Counted from the stretch's first letter, positions 1 to 8,536 are shown. The stretch: 64,000 bases of DNA from Pirellulales bacterium (GCA_965227275.1 CBDDFU010000001.1:3076979-3140978), one strand, 5' to 3'. The notes: generated from the letters alone by a model not told the origin. A program made the numbers and translations.

Positions 1-1172
1 TCGGGAATCGACGCATACTCGAAGAACTTCACATTTCGACAAAGAGTGATCATCGTCGGCTGACGGCGGTTGAAGTCTCGCGACAGCCTGTCGGCATGAA
101 GCATCACCGAAGGCTGAACACCCCAGTCAGGCTCATCGGCCAGCATCACGCATGCCACCGCCGGATGATCGCCCAGGGAGCGAAGTCGTTCCAGAGAATG
201 ACTGTGCCCCGAGACCATGGCTCGGAATCCGAACTTCTTGGAATCGTGACCAAAGAAGTCGTCTTCGGGGCCACCGCTCTTAACGCAGGTATCAATATGG
301 TTGCGGCGCAGCTCGGCATACCGCTCGGGTTCGGCTCCCCAGGTGCCTATGGGAAAGGTGTCGACAAAGGCCCGGCGGTGCGCACAGACGATGCGTTCCT
401 CGTCACCTTCCTTCACCATGACTTTGGTCAGGAATGATTCCCCCCGTGGCAGCCGAGCGGCGAGCGTCGCACGAGCGATTGCGTGACCGGCTTCATCCAG
501 GTGCTTACCACGCCATGCAAGGTTGGTCAGGCGGTTCCCATCTACGCTTACATCAATGAACTCGATCGGTTCTTCGCCGTTGTAACGTAGGTGTACTTCG
601 ATGTCGGTCAGACCGGGTTTCACCCGCAGGTAAGATACCTGCACCGGATCTTCGGCCAACGATCCCTTGACGCTTCCGATGGGGACCCACTCATCACGTC
701 CTACCCATTCGAATTGAAACGGTTCGCCCTCCGCAAACTCTGACGTCACGGCATTGATTTCCAACCAACCCGTTTGCCCTGGCGCCAGCGTTTCGCCCGA
801 GTTACGATCCCAGGCCAAGAAACCGCCCAGTCGCCAGTGCGATTCGTCTTTTCCATTGGCTCGCCAGTAAGCAAGCCGGGCCGGCTGATCAGAGATATTC
901 GTGTAGTAGACCGTGATCAAACCCGCTTGGTTGGGCCGCTCATTCTCCGGTTCGTCCACCTGATGGGTTTCGTACGCGGCTGGTCGGAACCCAATGTAGT
1001 CGAATCTCAATAGGCGATTTTCAATCGCTTCGGAGTCGGCTCCCTTTTGCAGTGTTTGTGCGGATGAAGACAGGTTTTGGCTGCACAGAATAACGACTAC
1101 GAAAAGGCTCGTTGTTCGAAAGGGAATTCTGAGCCAGCACGAACAACCGAGCAGATAGCGAACAGAATGCAT
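1..1172 (-). CDS. secreted hypothetical protein, partial (C-terminus lies beyond the window start)
   Basis: A minus-strand ORF runs off position 1. Its ATG is at 1172..1170 and it translates without stops to the edge. The N-terminus MHSVRYLLGCSCWL...VVVILCSQNLSSSAQ is signal-peptide-like. It is absent from the ORF track only because it has no in-window stop. The plus ORFs 96..437, 301..486 and 774..1013 are antisense to it. Confidence 0.55.
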   Translation of the reverse strand, partial: MHSVRYLLGCSCWLRIPFRTTSLFVVVILCSQNLSSSAQTLQKGADSEAIENRLLRFDYIGFRPAAYETHQVDEPENERPNQAGLITVYYTNISDQPARLAYWRANGKDESHWRLGGFLAWDRNSGETLAPGQTGWLEINAVTSEFAEGEPFQFEWVGRDEWVPIGSVKGSLAEDPVQVSYLRVKPGLTDIEVHLRYNGEEPIEFIDVSVDGNRLTNLAWRGKHLDEAGHAIARATLAARLPRGESFLTKVMVKEGDEERIVCAHRRAFVDTFPIGTWGAEPERYAELRRNHIDTCVKSGGPEDDFFGHDSKKFGFRAMVSGHSHSLERLRSLGDHPAVACVMLADEPDWGVQPSVMLHADRLSRDFNRRQPTMITLCRNVKFFEYASIP

Positions 1173-1353
1173 AAGATGCTCAACAGCTAAAGTGGTGGGG
1201 TCGAATCAGGGGGTTGTTGAGAGGGGGAACAAGCTCCCGAGAGCATGCTGGTTAGCTCCCGCGCTTCTCCCGCCGGGTGGGGTGTGGTCCGTCACATTCG
1301 TGCATTGTAGTGCTGACGGGCCCGGCTTGAAATCTGGGAGTTCGCCCGACCCG

Positions 1354-3654
1354 CTACGGCATCCATGACCAGACTTCGACCTTGAAGAATCGTTTCAGAT
1401 GCCTTGCCATAGCATTCCACAGCTTCTCGCGACGGATCACCACCCGGGCGTAACCGGTCATGTCGGGCAGCAGTGCCTCGGAGAGTGCTAACTGCGAGCC
1501 ATCGTCGATCGTGGCATACACCGGGACATAGTGAACCCGGGCCCGTTGCCAGGCCGATTCGGCCAACTGTTCGCGGTCGGTGCGGTAGGGGGCCAAAGTC
1601 AGTTCGCTGTCGTCCACGGCACGGATGGCGATCCGATCCACGAACGCCACTAACTGCCTGCCATCGAGGCCCGTAAATCGAAGCTTAACGGTTTGCCCCG
1701 GTTTGATAAGTGCCGCGGCATCTTCTGTCGCGGCGATTTCGACTTTCAGCTGAGAGGTGTCCTGCACCAGGGCGATCAGATCTCCCGGTTGAACATACTG
1801 CGTCACGCGTTCTTTTAAGTTTCCGGTAACCACCTGTCCGCCGCCGGGAGAAGAAATTGTGGTCAACTCGAGTTGCTTCTTGTAGTGATTCAACTCGGCT
1901 TCCATCGCCTGTACGCTTGCCTCGGCTGCCCGGATCTCTTCTTCTCTCGCGCCGGAGGTAAGCATTTGCAGCTCTTCGTTCGCGGCGGCAAGCACTTTCA
2001 CTGCTTCGTCATAGTCGTGTCGTGTGGCTTGAAGCCTGGCCTCGCTAACCGTATTACTCTCTGCAAGTTCCTTCAGCCGTTCGTGCTCGGTCATGTAGTA
2101 GTCGACCGAGACCTGTGACATTTCGACTTTGTCCCGGGCAACCTCAATGGTCTCGGGACGATTACCAGCATTGAGCAGATCGAGTTCGGCTTTGGCTTTC
2201 GCCAGATTTGCCTCGGCGATTTCGACGTTGGACAGTTGCTGATAATCGGCCAGGCGGGCTACCTCCTGACCGGCTTCGACATGTTCGCCCGAGTCGACGT
2301 TGATCTCGGCAAGTTGTCCCGCGATCGGCGCGCGCACCCCGTACTCAGCGATAGGCACCAGACGAAAGTCCCCACCCACTTCGATGTTGTAGGGCAAGAA
2401 GCCCAGCGAAACGATTCCCGCCAGGGTGGCCAGCCTTACCGGCCACCGCACATACCAGGGTCCGCCTCGATATAGCCAACGCAACGCTCGACTGAGCATC
2501 AGGATCCTCCAGAAGTCTTCATAATACCACCACAGAACCAACACGAGCGCGATGGCCAGGCCGATTCCTCCAAAGTAATTCGCCACAAGCGGACCGCCGA
2601 CAAAAATAACCAGCGCCAGGACCAATATTCGCCATAAATACACGCCTATCCCGTAGATGCGGAACCAAAATCGCTCGTCGCTCGAAAGTGGTTCTGGCGA
2701 AACGCGCAGGGTGATCCAGGCCGCGGTCTCAGCGAGGGCCCGCTCACGGAATTTGTAAATGTCGAGCCCGTAACTCAGCATCGCACAGCCCTCCATGGGG
2801 TTGAGGATGTTGAGTCGCAAGAACAGGCCGACCAGCGAAGGCACAATCAACACCGTCAGGCCGGCGTGCAACATCGTCTTCTGAGAGGTCATGCTCCAGC
2901 CGAGTATCACCAACGAGGAGATTACCAGCCGGCTCCAGATCCGCAGGCTGAGCATTGTCCAGCGTCCGGCGTTGGTCATGTAGATCATCGATTCGCCGGT
3001 ATTGCAGCCGAAGTAGGGCACCAGCTTGCGGTAAAACCGTAGCCCAAACGATTCGATCCGACCGCCGAGCCTGCGACAAGCCATCCCAGTGAGCAGGGCA
3101 TTGGGCAGGCTGATCAGGAGCAGCACCTCGCTGATCCAAAGAACGGCCACAGCTCCGAAACCGAGTTCCGAAACAACACTTTCCAGTGCATCGGGCAATT
3201 GCCAGAAGTTCTGAAACAAGGCCAGGGTGGCCAACGCCGTAAGTATCAAGATAGGCACGATACTCAGGGGATGAATCACCCATCCGAAGAGCATCGCCAG
3301 CACGTCGAAAAAGGCATTCAGCGGGGTATTGGTTCCCGGTTCCTGCATGGTGTGCGGCTTCTGGAACCGCTCGGCCACGGCTTCACCTTCGAGCAACCCA
3401 CGGGTGCGAAGTTGCTCGACGAATTCCTCGACGTATTGGTACGAGAGTTTGATGTTGTGCCGCTTGGCCACTCGCTCTCGAATCTGGCCGAGGTCGTGTT
3501 TTCCGTCGATCAGTTGGGTAAGCGACCGTTCTGCAAAGCCGAACTGAAACACCTCGCTGTTGCGTGGATCGCGCAGGATGAACTCATCGGGAGCCGTGCG
3601 AAGGATCTCCAGATCTGCCCGCAGTTTCGGCAGTTGTGCGCTGCTAGTGGCCAA
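1354..3654 (-). CDS. HlyD-family membrane-fusion (periplasmic adaptor) domain fused to an N-terminal soluble domain and a polytopic membrane domain
   Basis: The protein is 766 aa. The C-terminal roughly 330 aa have barrel-sandwich and coiled-coil features typical of HlyD/EmrA adaptors (INVDSGEHVEAGQEVARL ... long heptad region ... PGQTVKLRF). The N-terminal 100 aa are soluble, followed by about 6-8 hydrophobic helices. No HExxH is present. A weak NxxPxxG..LD stretch (NILNPMEGCAMLSYGLD) faintly recalls site-2 proteases. Confidence 0.75.
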   Translation of the reverse strand: MATSSAQLPKLRADLEILRTAPDEFILRDPRNSEVFQFGFAERSLTQLIDGKHDLGQIRERVAKRHNIKLSYQYVEEFVEQLRTRGLLEGEAVAERFQKPHTMQEPGTNTPLNAFFDVLAMLFGWVIHPLSIVPILILTALATLALFQNFWQLPDALESVVSELGFGAVAVLWISEVLLLISLPNALLTGMACRRLGGRIESFGLRFYRKLVPYFGCNTGESMIYMTNAGRWTMLSLRIWSRLVISSLVILGWSMTSQKTMLHAGLTVLIVPSLVGLFLRLNILNPMEGCAMLSYGLDIYKFRERALAETAAWITLRVSPEPLSSDERFWFRIYGIGVYLWRILVLALVIFVGGPLVANYFGGIGLAIALVLVLWWYYEDFWRILMLSRALRWLYRGGPWYVRWPVRLATLAGIVSLGFLPYNIEVGGDFRLVPIAEYGVRAPIAGQLAEINVDSGEHVEAGQEVARLADYQQLSNVEIAEANLAKAKAELDLLNAGNRPETIEVARDKVEMSQVSVDYYMTEHERLKELAESNTVSEARLQATRHDYDEAVKVLAAANEELQMLTSGAREEEIRAAEASVQAMEAELNHYKKQLELTTISSPGGGQVVTGNLKERVTQYVQPGDLIALVQDTSQLKVEIAATEDAAALIKPGQTVKLRFTGLDGRQLVAFVDRIAIRAVDDSELTLAPYRTDREQLAESAWQRARVHYVPVYATIDDGSQLALSEALLPDMTGYARVVIRREKLWNAMARHLKRFFKVEVWSWMP

Positions 3655-3841
3655 AGAATCGCGTCGCGAATCGACGCCCGGGGCTATTAACGGTTACCTG
3701 CATGACGAGGCCCTCTCACTTGAAGACAAGAGGGCCAAACACTCATGCTAAACCGGTACGAAGTGCGAACCAAGTAACAGTTGGTCCAGCCGCCAAGAGT
3801 AGGTCTGTCACGGGGACCGTGGGTGTTACAACCCTTAGAAT

Positions 3842-3860
3842 CGGGGCCTCAGGAGCCCCG
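3842..3860 (-). terminator. GC-rich hairpin immediately after the stop of the short ExbD-like gene
   Basis: On the minus strand the sequence is CGGGGC-TCCTGAG-GCCCCG, directly 3' of the stop at 3861..3863. The U-tract that follows is weak, so this could be a terminator or an attenuator before the HlyD-fusion gene. Confidence 0.3.
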
Positions 3861-4883
3861 CTATTGAGCCGACGACTTGGTCCCTCGGGGAGAGGCACCA
3901 ATTAACTGGCCCGATCTCATGGGACGACCTGCGGTTGGGAAACCCAGATCGTGCAGCTGTTGCTTCAGCTTCTGGTAGTTGCTGAATTCCTCGGGATAGG
4001 CCCATAGGGTGATCGTCGTACGGCGGGGATTGTGTTCCTTCAGCACGGCATGGAAAGCGGAATCGCCCTGCATTGCCCGCTCGAACTCTTCCCCAAGCTC
4101 ATCAGAATTCGGCAACAACTGCCATTGATCAACTCGATAGACCGACCCACCGGGGGCCCCCGCCAATTGTGCTTCCAGGCTGACCTGGCCTCGAACGATC
4201 TTGTAACGGGCCCGAAATCCTTTGATGGGCCCCATGATTTCGGTGACCGAATCTTGCGAGCGTAGTTTCCACAGGTGGTCTTGCCAGACGTCCTTGACGG
4301 CGGCGATCAACTCGTCGAAGGGAATGAACGTCACGCGACCGTTCTTCATTTGGAAGTGGATCTCCGTACCGTCGACCGATTGACTGATCGAGGTGGCATA
4401 GGTCTCGATCTCGATGGTCTGCTCGGTAACCGATTCGGCCCTGGCGATTTGCGAATTCAATCGTTCCTGTTCATCGATCGCGGTACTGAGTGCCTGTTGC
4501 AACTCGAGGTTTTGCTGGGCCTCCGCATCCAGCTCTTGGCGGCGGTTGGCGATTTCCTTACTGAGGTGTGCGGTAACCGTGGCCAGCTCGTCGCGTTCTT
4601 TCATGCGAATCAGCCGCGTGGCACGAAGTTGATCAACTTGACCGGCCAATTGCAGTGCGTCGCTGGTCATCGCAAGGGCTTGCTTTCGGGCATCGGCTAA
4701 CTCCTCGGGCTCCTTCGACTCGGTGACCGGTTTCGAGTCGGACACGATGACGTCTCTCGCCCGTACGCCGACCACCATCACCAGGATGATCAGAATTCCC
4801 ACGATGTTCGAGACGACATCGAGGAAAGAATCTGTTCCGAATCCCTCCTCGTCGATCTTTCGTTTCGTGCGTCGTTTCATCAT
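3861..4883 (-). CDS. ExbD/TolR-like protein with extended periplasmic coiled coil (short paralogue)
   Basis: The protein is 340 aa. After a basic N-terminus there is a single TM, SFLDVVSNIVGILIILVMVV, that matches the ExbD/TolR TM signature including the conserved Asp (LDVV). Next comes about 100 aa of heptad-rich coiled coil. The C-terminal part has an ExbD-like periplasmic fold signature (TTITLWAYPEEFSNYQKLKQQLHDLGF). Confidence 0.6.
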   Translation of the reverse strand: MMKRRTKRKIDEEGFGTDSFLDVVSNIVGILIILVMVVGVRARDVIVSDSKPVTESKEPEELADARKQALAMTSDALQLAGQVDQLRATRLIRMKERDELATVTAHLSKEIANRRQELDAEAQQNLELQQALSTAIDEQERLNSQIARAESVTEQTIEIETYATSISQSVDGTEIHFQMKNGRVTFIPFDELIAAVKDVWQDHLWKLRSQDSVTEIMGPIKGFRARYKIVRGQVSLEAQLAGAPGGSVYRVDQWQLLPNSDELGEEFERAMQGDSAFHAVLKEHNPRRTTITLWAYPEEFSNYQKLKQQLHDLGFPTAGRPMRSGQLIGASPRGTKSSAQ

Positions 4884-4921
4884 CGTGTGTTGGGTCTGGA
4901 GATACTACCGTGAATAGATGG

Positions 4922-6670
4922 CTAACGGGTGCGTTGCAATGGCGGGGTTCGCACCACGTTGCTGGCCTGATCGATTTTGATATCAAAACCACTGTTTTGC
5001 AGGAGGCGTGCCAGGTCGTTCACCCGCGCTTCGGCCCCGGCCTCGGGCTGCAGGCGCAACTCGGGTCGCCAGTGCATTCCGTCACCCGCAGTTCCCCAGG
5101 CATCCATGTGTTTGCGAACCGCCGATACCAGATCGTTTACGGAGTCTACTGTTTGGTTCCCCAAGGGAATGATCTTCCCCCGACGCTGCCCACGATCGTC
5201 GGGCATCACCACCAGGTGATCGGGGCGACAGTAGACGCGGATGGGTCGACGAATCCCGATGGACCCGCGGGATGATTTGTCGATTGCCCAGTCGCGACCT
5301 CGGCTCTCGGCCAAACTTTTTTGGGCTCTCAGGTCCGGGGTCCCTCCTTCCGTGTTCCCTTGAATGCTCGACGAACTGCCGCCCGCCACACTGCTCTGGC
5401 TTGCAAAGTCTCCACCGCTGCTTGGGTTGCTATTGCCACGCGGATCTCCCCCGCCACCAGCGTTCGCATCCAGAGCGCTGCTGCCCGAACCAAAGGAGGT
5501 GCTTCCACTCGCATCACCGGTATTCGACATGTCGGAACTTCCCGCAGACTGATTTGACCCCAACTCGGTTCCGAATTCGGAGCCTGTCCCTGCCGCTCCA
5601 CCGGAAGGAGAGCCGTTTCCGCCGCCGTAGTGGTCTCCGCGTCCTCCTCCAGAACCGCTACCATTACGACCGCTGCCGGAACCTCCGGGAGTCGCCTCGT
5701 CATCAAAGTCATCGAAATTGTCCGGACGGCTTCTGCCATAGTAGGAGGGGGCGATTTTCGCCAATCGCACTTGCCGTGCTCGTGCCCGTTCCACGGCCAA
5801 TCGTTGGGTAGCGGCCAGCTCAGGATCTTTCGGCGGGTACTTCAGATTCCAATCTTGATCGATCAGTTCGTAACCGAACTCTGAACCCCACGAGCGTAAA
5901 GCCTCGCGGGCGACCGAATACGCAATCACGCCGTCGGGCCGTACCAGGAAGAACGGATAGGGCTCGCCCATGGGGCCTTGTCCCTTTAGGGCATTTTCGG
6001 CATAGAATTCGTTGGCCGAACGCAACGCGGAAGCCAACGGATTGCTTGGGTCCAGGGGACCACGGAAATCTTCGACTGTCAGCCGAATACCCTCGGGCTG
6101 AATGATGATCGCGTCGGACCGACATTCGATGTAAATCGGGCGTCGCAATGTTTGATTGGCCCCCTCGTAGGGCACGATGGCATACGATATTTGCTGCTGG
6201 GCTGCGCGCTCTTCGGCCTCCTGCAGATTAACTTGCAGTTGTGCGATTTCGTTGCGGACCTCATTCAAACGGATCATGATGTCCTCACTTGCTGCCTGTT
6301 GCGACGGATCGACTTCCAGCGCCGCAAGCTGGCGCTCCAAGTCCTGCAATTGCTTGCGAAGCGTTCTGGAGTGGTCTTCAACATGGCTCAGCGCGAGCCG
6401 CTCTTCGGCCAGGGTCGAATTGATCTCTTCTAACTGGCGGCGAATATGGGCCTGCGTTTCTTGCAGCTTGCGACGTCGCTTCTCGAACTGCGCTTCCTCC
6501 TCTTCGGCCTCACGAAGTGCTGCTTCTTGCGTGTTGGCGGCTTGCACTTTGGCCTGCTGTGCCAATAGCACGAGCAACAAGATGAGGGCCCCCATCGTGC
6601 ATAGCAGGACCGCCAGAAACGGGAACATCGAGACGGCGGCAGCGGATTGCGTCCGTTGTCGTCGACTCAT
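4922..6670 (-). CDS. ExbD/TolR-like protein, long form, with coiled coil, two ExbD-like periplasmic domains and a Gly/Ser-rich linker
   Basis: The protein is 582 aa. The N-terminal TM, MFPFLAVLLCTMGALILLLVLL, resembles the ExbD TM but has no Asp. About 130 aa of coiled coil follow. The first ExbD-like domain contains PIYIECRSDAIIIQPEGIRL...FFLVRPDGVIAY. Then comes a roughly 170-aa G/S/N-rich low-complexity linker. A second copy of the domain contains PIRVYCRPDHLVVMPDD...VNDLVSAVRKHMDAWG. Its start overlaps the upstream gene stop by 4 nt (ATGA). Confidence 0.6.
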   Translation of the reverse strand: MSRRQRTQSAAAVSMFPFLAVLLCTMGALILLLVLLAQQAKVQAANTQEAALREAEEEEAQFEKRRRKLQETQAHIRRQLEEINSTLAEERLALSHVEDHSRTLRKQLQDLERQLAALEVDPSQQAASEDIMIRLNEVRNEIAQLQVNLQEAEERAAQQQISYAIVPYEGANQTLRRPIYIECRSDAIIIQPEGIRLTVEDFRGPLDPSNPLASALRSANEFYAENALKGQGPMGEPYPFFLVRPDGVIAYSVAREALRSWGSEFGYELIDQDWNLKYPPKDPELAATQRLAVERARARQVRLAKIAPSYYGRSRPDNFDDFDDEATPGGSGSGRNGSGSGGGRGDHYGGGNGSPSGGAAGTGSEFGTELGSNQSAGSSDMSNTGDASGSTSFGSGSSALDANAGGGGDPRGNSNPSSGGDFASQSSVAGGSSSSIQGNTEGGTPDLRAQKSLAESRGRDWAIDKSSRGSIGIRRPIRVYCRPDHLVVMPDDRGQRRGKIIPLGNQTVDSVNDLVSAVRKHMDAWGTAGDGMHWRPELRLQPEAGAEARVNDLARLLQNSGFDIKIDQASNVVRTPPLQRTR

Positions 6671-7977
6671 GCGGCCTTACCTTCCGGGGTCGAATGATCG
6701 ATTTCGATCTGTGGTTTTTCCAGCGCGGTCTTGCCCAAGCGGCCGTTGAGCAGGTGGATCGCGGCCGAAAGACTGAGCAAGGTCTCTTCGAAGTTGTGCG
6801 AGCCAGCCAGCGCCGAAAGGTTACGGTTCAGGGCATCTTCCAGCGATACGACTTGCCCGGTGGCTTGAATCACATCGGCCAGCATCGCCCCATGTCGGGC
6901 CAGTTCTTGTTGCTGAACAGCCGAGGCTTCCGCAGCGGCTGTAAGTTGACCTTGAACGCGCTCCCAATGTTCTGCCTGCGACGCAGTGAGCTGCTCGGCC
7001 CCGATGCTCAAGGTTTCCGACGCGGCTTGAAGCCCTTGATCCAGCGCGTTGCTAAGCGATGTTTCCAGTTGCTTCCCGGTAGCCCCCGAAAGTTGCGACC
7101 ATTGTTGATGCGCCGCGTCGATCGTGGTTCTCCAAAGCTCGGCCTGGCGTTCCACCATCCGCTCGGTGGCTGCGATCACGGCATTCGTCATATTCCGCAC
7201 GTTGGCCAGCTCGGGGTGCTCTTGTGGTTGTTGCTTCGGAAATCGTCCCAGTAGCTCCTCGGCAGTTCGCTCGTCGACGGCGGCCAGCAACCGTTGCTCA
7301 GTGTGATTGGTGACAAACTGCGCGAACATCAAAACGATCGACAGCCCCAAGGCCATGGCCGTGGTATCGAATGCCACGCCCAGACCCGCGGTCACCTCCG
7401 GCAAGGAAGACTCGAGGGCGTCCGGCGAGAGATTGGCGATGGCCAACGTGATACCAACTACCGTGCCCAGGAAGCCCAAAATCGGAATCGCCCATACGAT
7501 CAATCGCACCAGGCCGTAGTTCTCGTGAGCGCGTTCCGCGTCGAGATCGGATAGGTACTTCAGCTCCTCTTCCAAGTCGTCGGCACTTTGGTTACGCCAC
7601 ACGTGGTCAATGCCGGTGCGCACGCGACGAACAAGAAGCGTGTTTTTTTCCATCGGGGGAAGCGAATCCAGCTCTTCTAGCAGGTGCGGGCATTCGTCGA
7701 TGTTCTGCCCGCCCGCGGGAGCCTCTTCCAGGAGTGGATTTCCCACGAGAATGAACTGCCGCAGAGCCGCCAGCAGCTTAATGGCAAGGGCTGCCAGACC
7801 CACGAAGAACGCCGATGAGGCGACGTATTCGACGGGGTGCGAGCCGAAATAGCGAATGATAAAGGCACCGTGAATAGTTCCCGAGTGGATTGCCGCATAG
7901 AACGCCAGGGTGGCGATCGCGCCCCAGGTGACGGGGGATCGCAAGATGGCAGACGTAAGTCGATTAACACCGTTCAC
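6667..7977 (-). CDS. MotA/TolQ/ExbB-family proton-channel protein with a roughly 210-aa C-terminal helical tail
   Basis: The protein is 436 aa. The family signature sits in the penultimate TM (LIVWAIPILGFLGTVVGITLAIANL, compare TolQ/ExbB APFIGLFGTVWGIM). There are 3-4 TM helices with a cytoplasmic loop between them. The C-terminal 210 aa are Ala/Gln/Glu/Leu-rich and predicted helical or coiled coil, far longer than the tail of TolQ or ExbB. Confidence 0.8.
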   Translation of the reverse strand: MNGVNRLTSAILRSPVTWGAIATLAFYAAIHSGTIHGAFIIRYFGSHPVEYVASSAFFVGLAALAIKLLAALRQFILVGNPLLEEAPAGGQNIDECPHLLEELDSLPPMEKNTLLVRRVRTGIDHVWRNQSADDLEEELKYLSDLDAERAHENYGLVRLIVWAIPILGFLGTVVGITLAIANLSPDALESSLPEVTAGLGVAFDTTAMALGLSIVLMFAQFVTNHTEQRLLAAVDERTAEELLGRFPKQQPQEHPELANVRNMTNAVIAATERMVERQAELWRTTIDAAHQQWSQLSGATGKQLETSLSNALDQGLQAASETLSIGAEQLTASQAEHWERVQGQLTAAAEASAVQQQELARHGAMLADVIQATGQVVSLEDALNRNLSALAGSHNFEETLLSLSAAIHLLNGRLGKTALEKPQIEIDHSTPEGKAA

Positions 7978-8536
7978 GAAACAGATCCTCTTGGTCGAGT
8001 TCTCAACAATCCGCGCCCTGGTGGTCCCGCCACCGTCTTGCGCAAGGCGCTGGGCCGGCGGTCCGGTTCCGTCCTCAAAATCGTCAAATTCGGAGCTTTC
8101 GGTCCATGCAAATCGAAAAAATCGGCAAACTCTGCCACTTTGGATACGCCGTCTGACAGATGCAGTTGGCTCTACAGAGGGGGGTGGGCCGTGGCGGAAC
8201 CACAGTGAGTAGATTCTTGAGTTTTTTTGAAAACTTTGAATCGCCCGAGGGGTATTAAGTTCCAGACACGGTTATGGCGGCAGTGGGTCAGCTGTCAGCA
8301 GGGCGAAGCCCTTGCCCTGCCATAGCCGTTCGGCCCCAAACGGACGGTGACGCGGGGCGGGCGATATGGCACTGAGACTACCCCCACGGTCTACAGAGAG
8401 CCACGAATATCGTTCGCTCCGTGTCCCGTCTTTTTTTGTGCGCGCGATTTCTCACCGTCGCAATTCTCGCCTACATTGGCCCTGCACTTCTTGGAGCGGA
8501 CCCGATGCGAGATCTCTTGGCGAGCAATGAACTTTC

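Noticed and set aside
96-1013. Plus-strand ORFs 96..437, 301..486 and 774..1013 from the ORF track
   Set aside because: They lie antisense to a continuous minus-strand reading frame (1..1172) that has a signal peptide and runs off the window. They show no motifs and have atypical composition, so I treat them as shadow ORFs.
2744-3690. ORFs 2744..3283 (-) and 3199..3690 (+) inside the HlyD-fusion gene
   Set aside because: These are alternative-frame or antisense ORFs inside a 766-aa gene with clear domain structure. They are Arg/Gly-rich, as is typical of off-frame translation of high-GC DNA.
5320-5700. Possible tandem DNA repeats or CRISPR-like periodicity in the Gly/Ser-rich and polyacidic coding regions (5320..5700 and 16650..17600)
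   Set aside because: This is low-complexity codon repetition (GGx/AGC and GAC/GAA) within ORFs. There are no exact direct repeats with unique spacers, so this is not CRISPR or a VNTR.
1354-7977. Calling the ExbB/ExbD-like cluster a Zorya anti-phage system
   Set aside because: The long-tailed channel subunit is suggestive. But the partners have ExbD/TolR-type rather than MotB/OmpA-type periplasmic domains, and no ZorC/ZorD/ZorE-like helicase or nuclease gene is present. I report it as an unassigned system rather than as Zorya.
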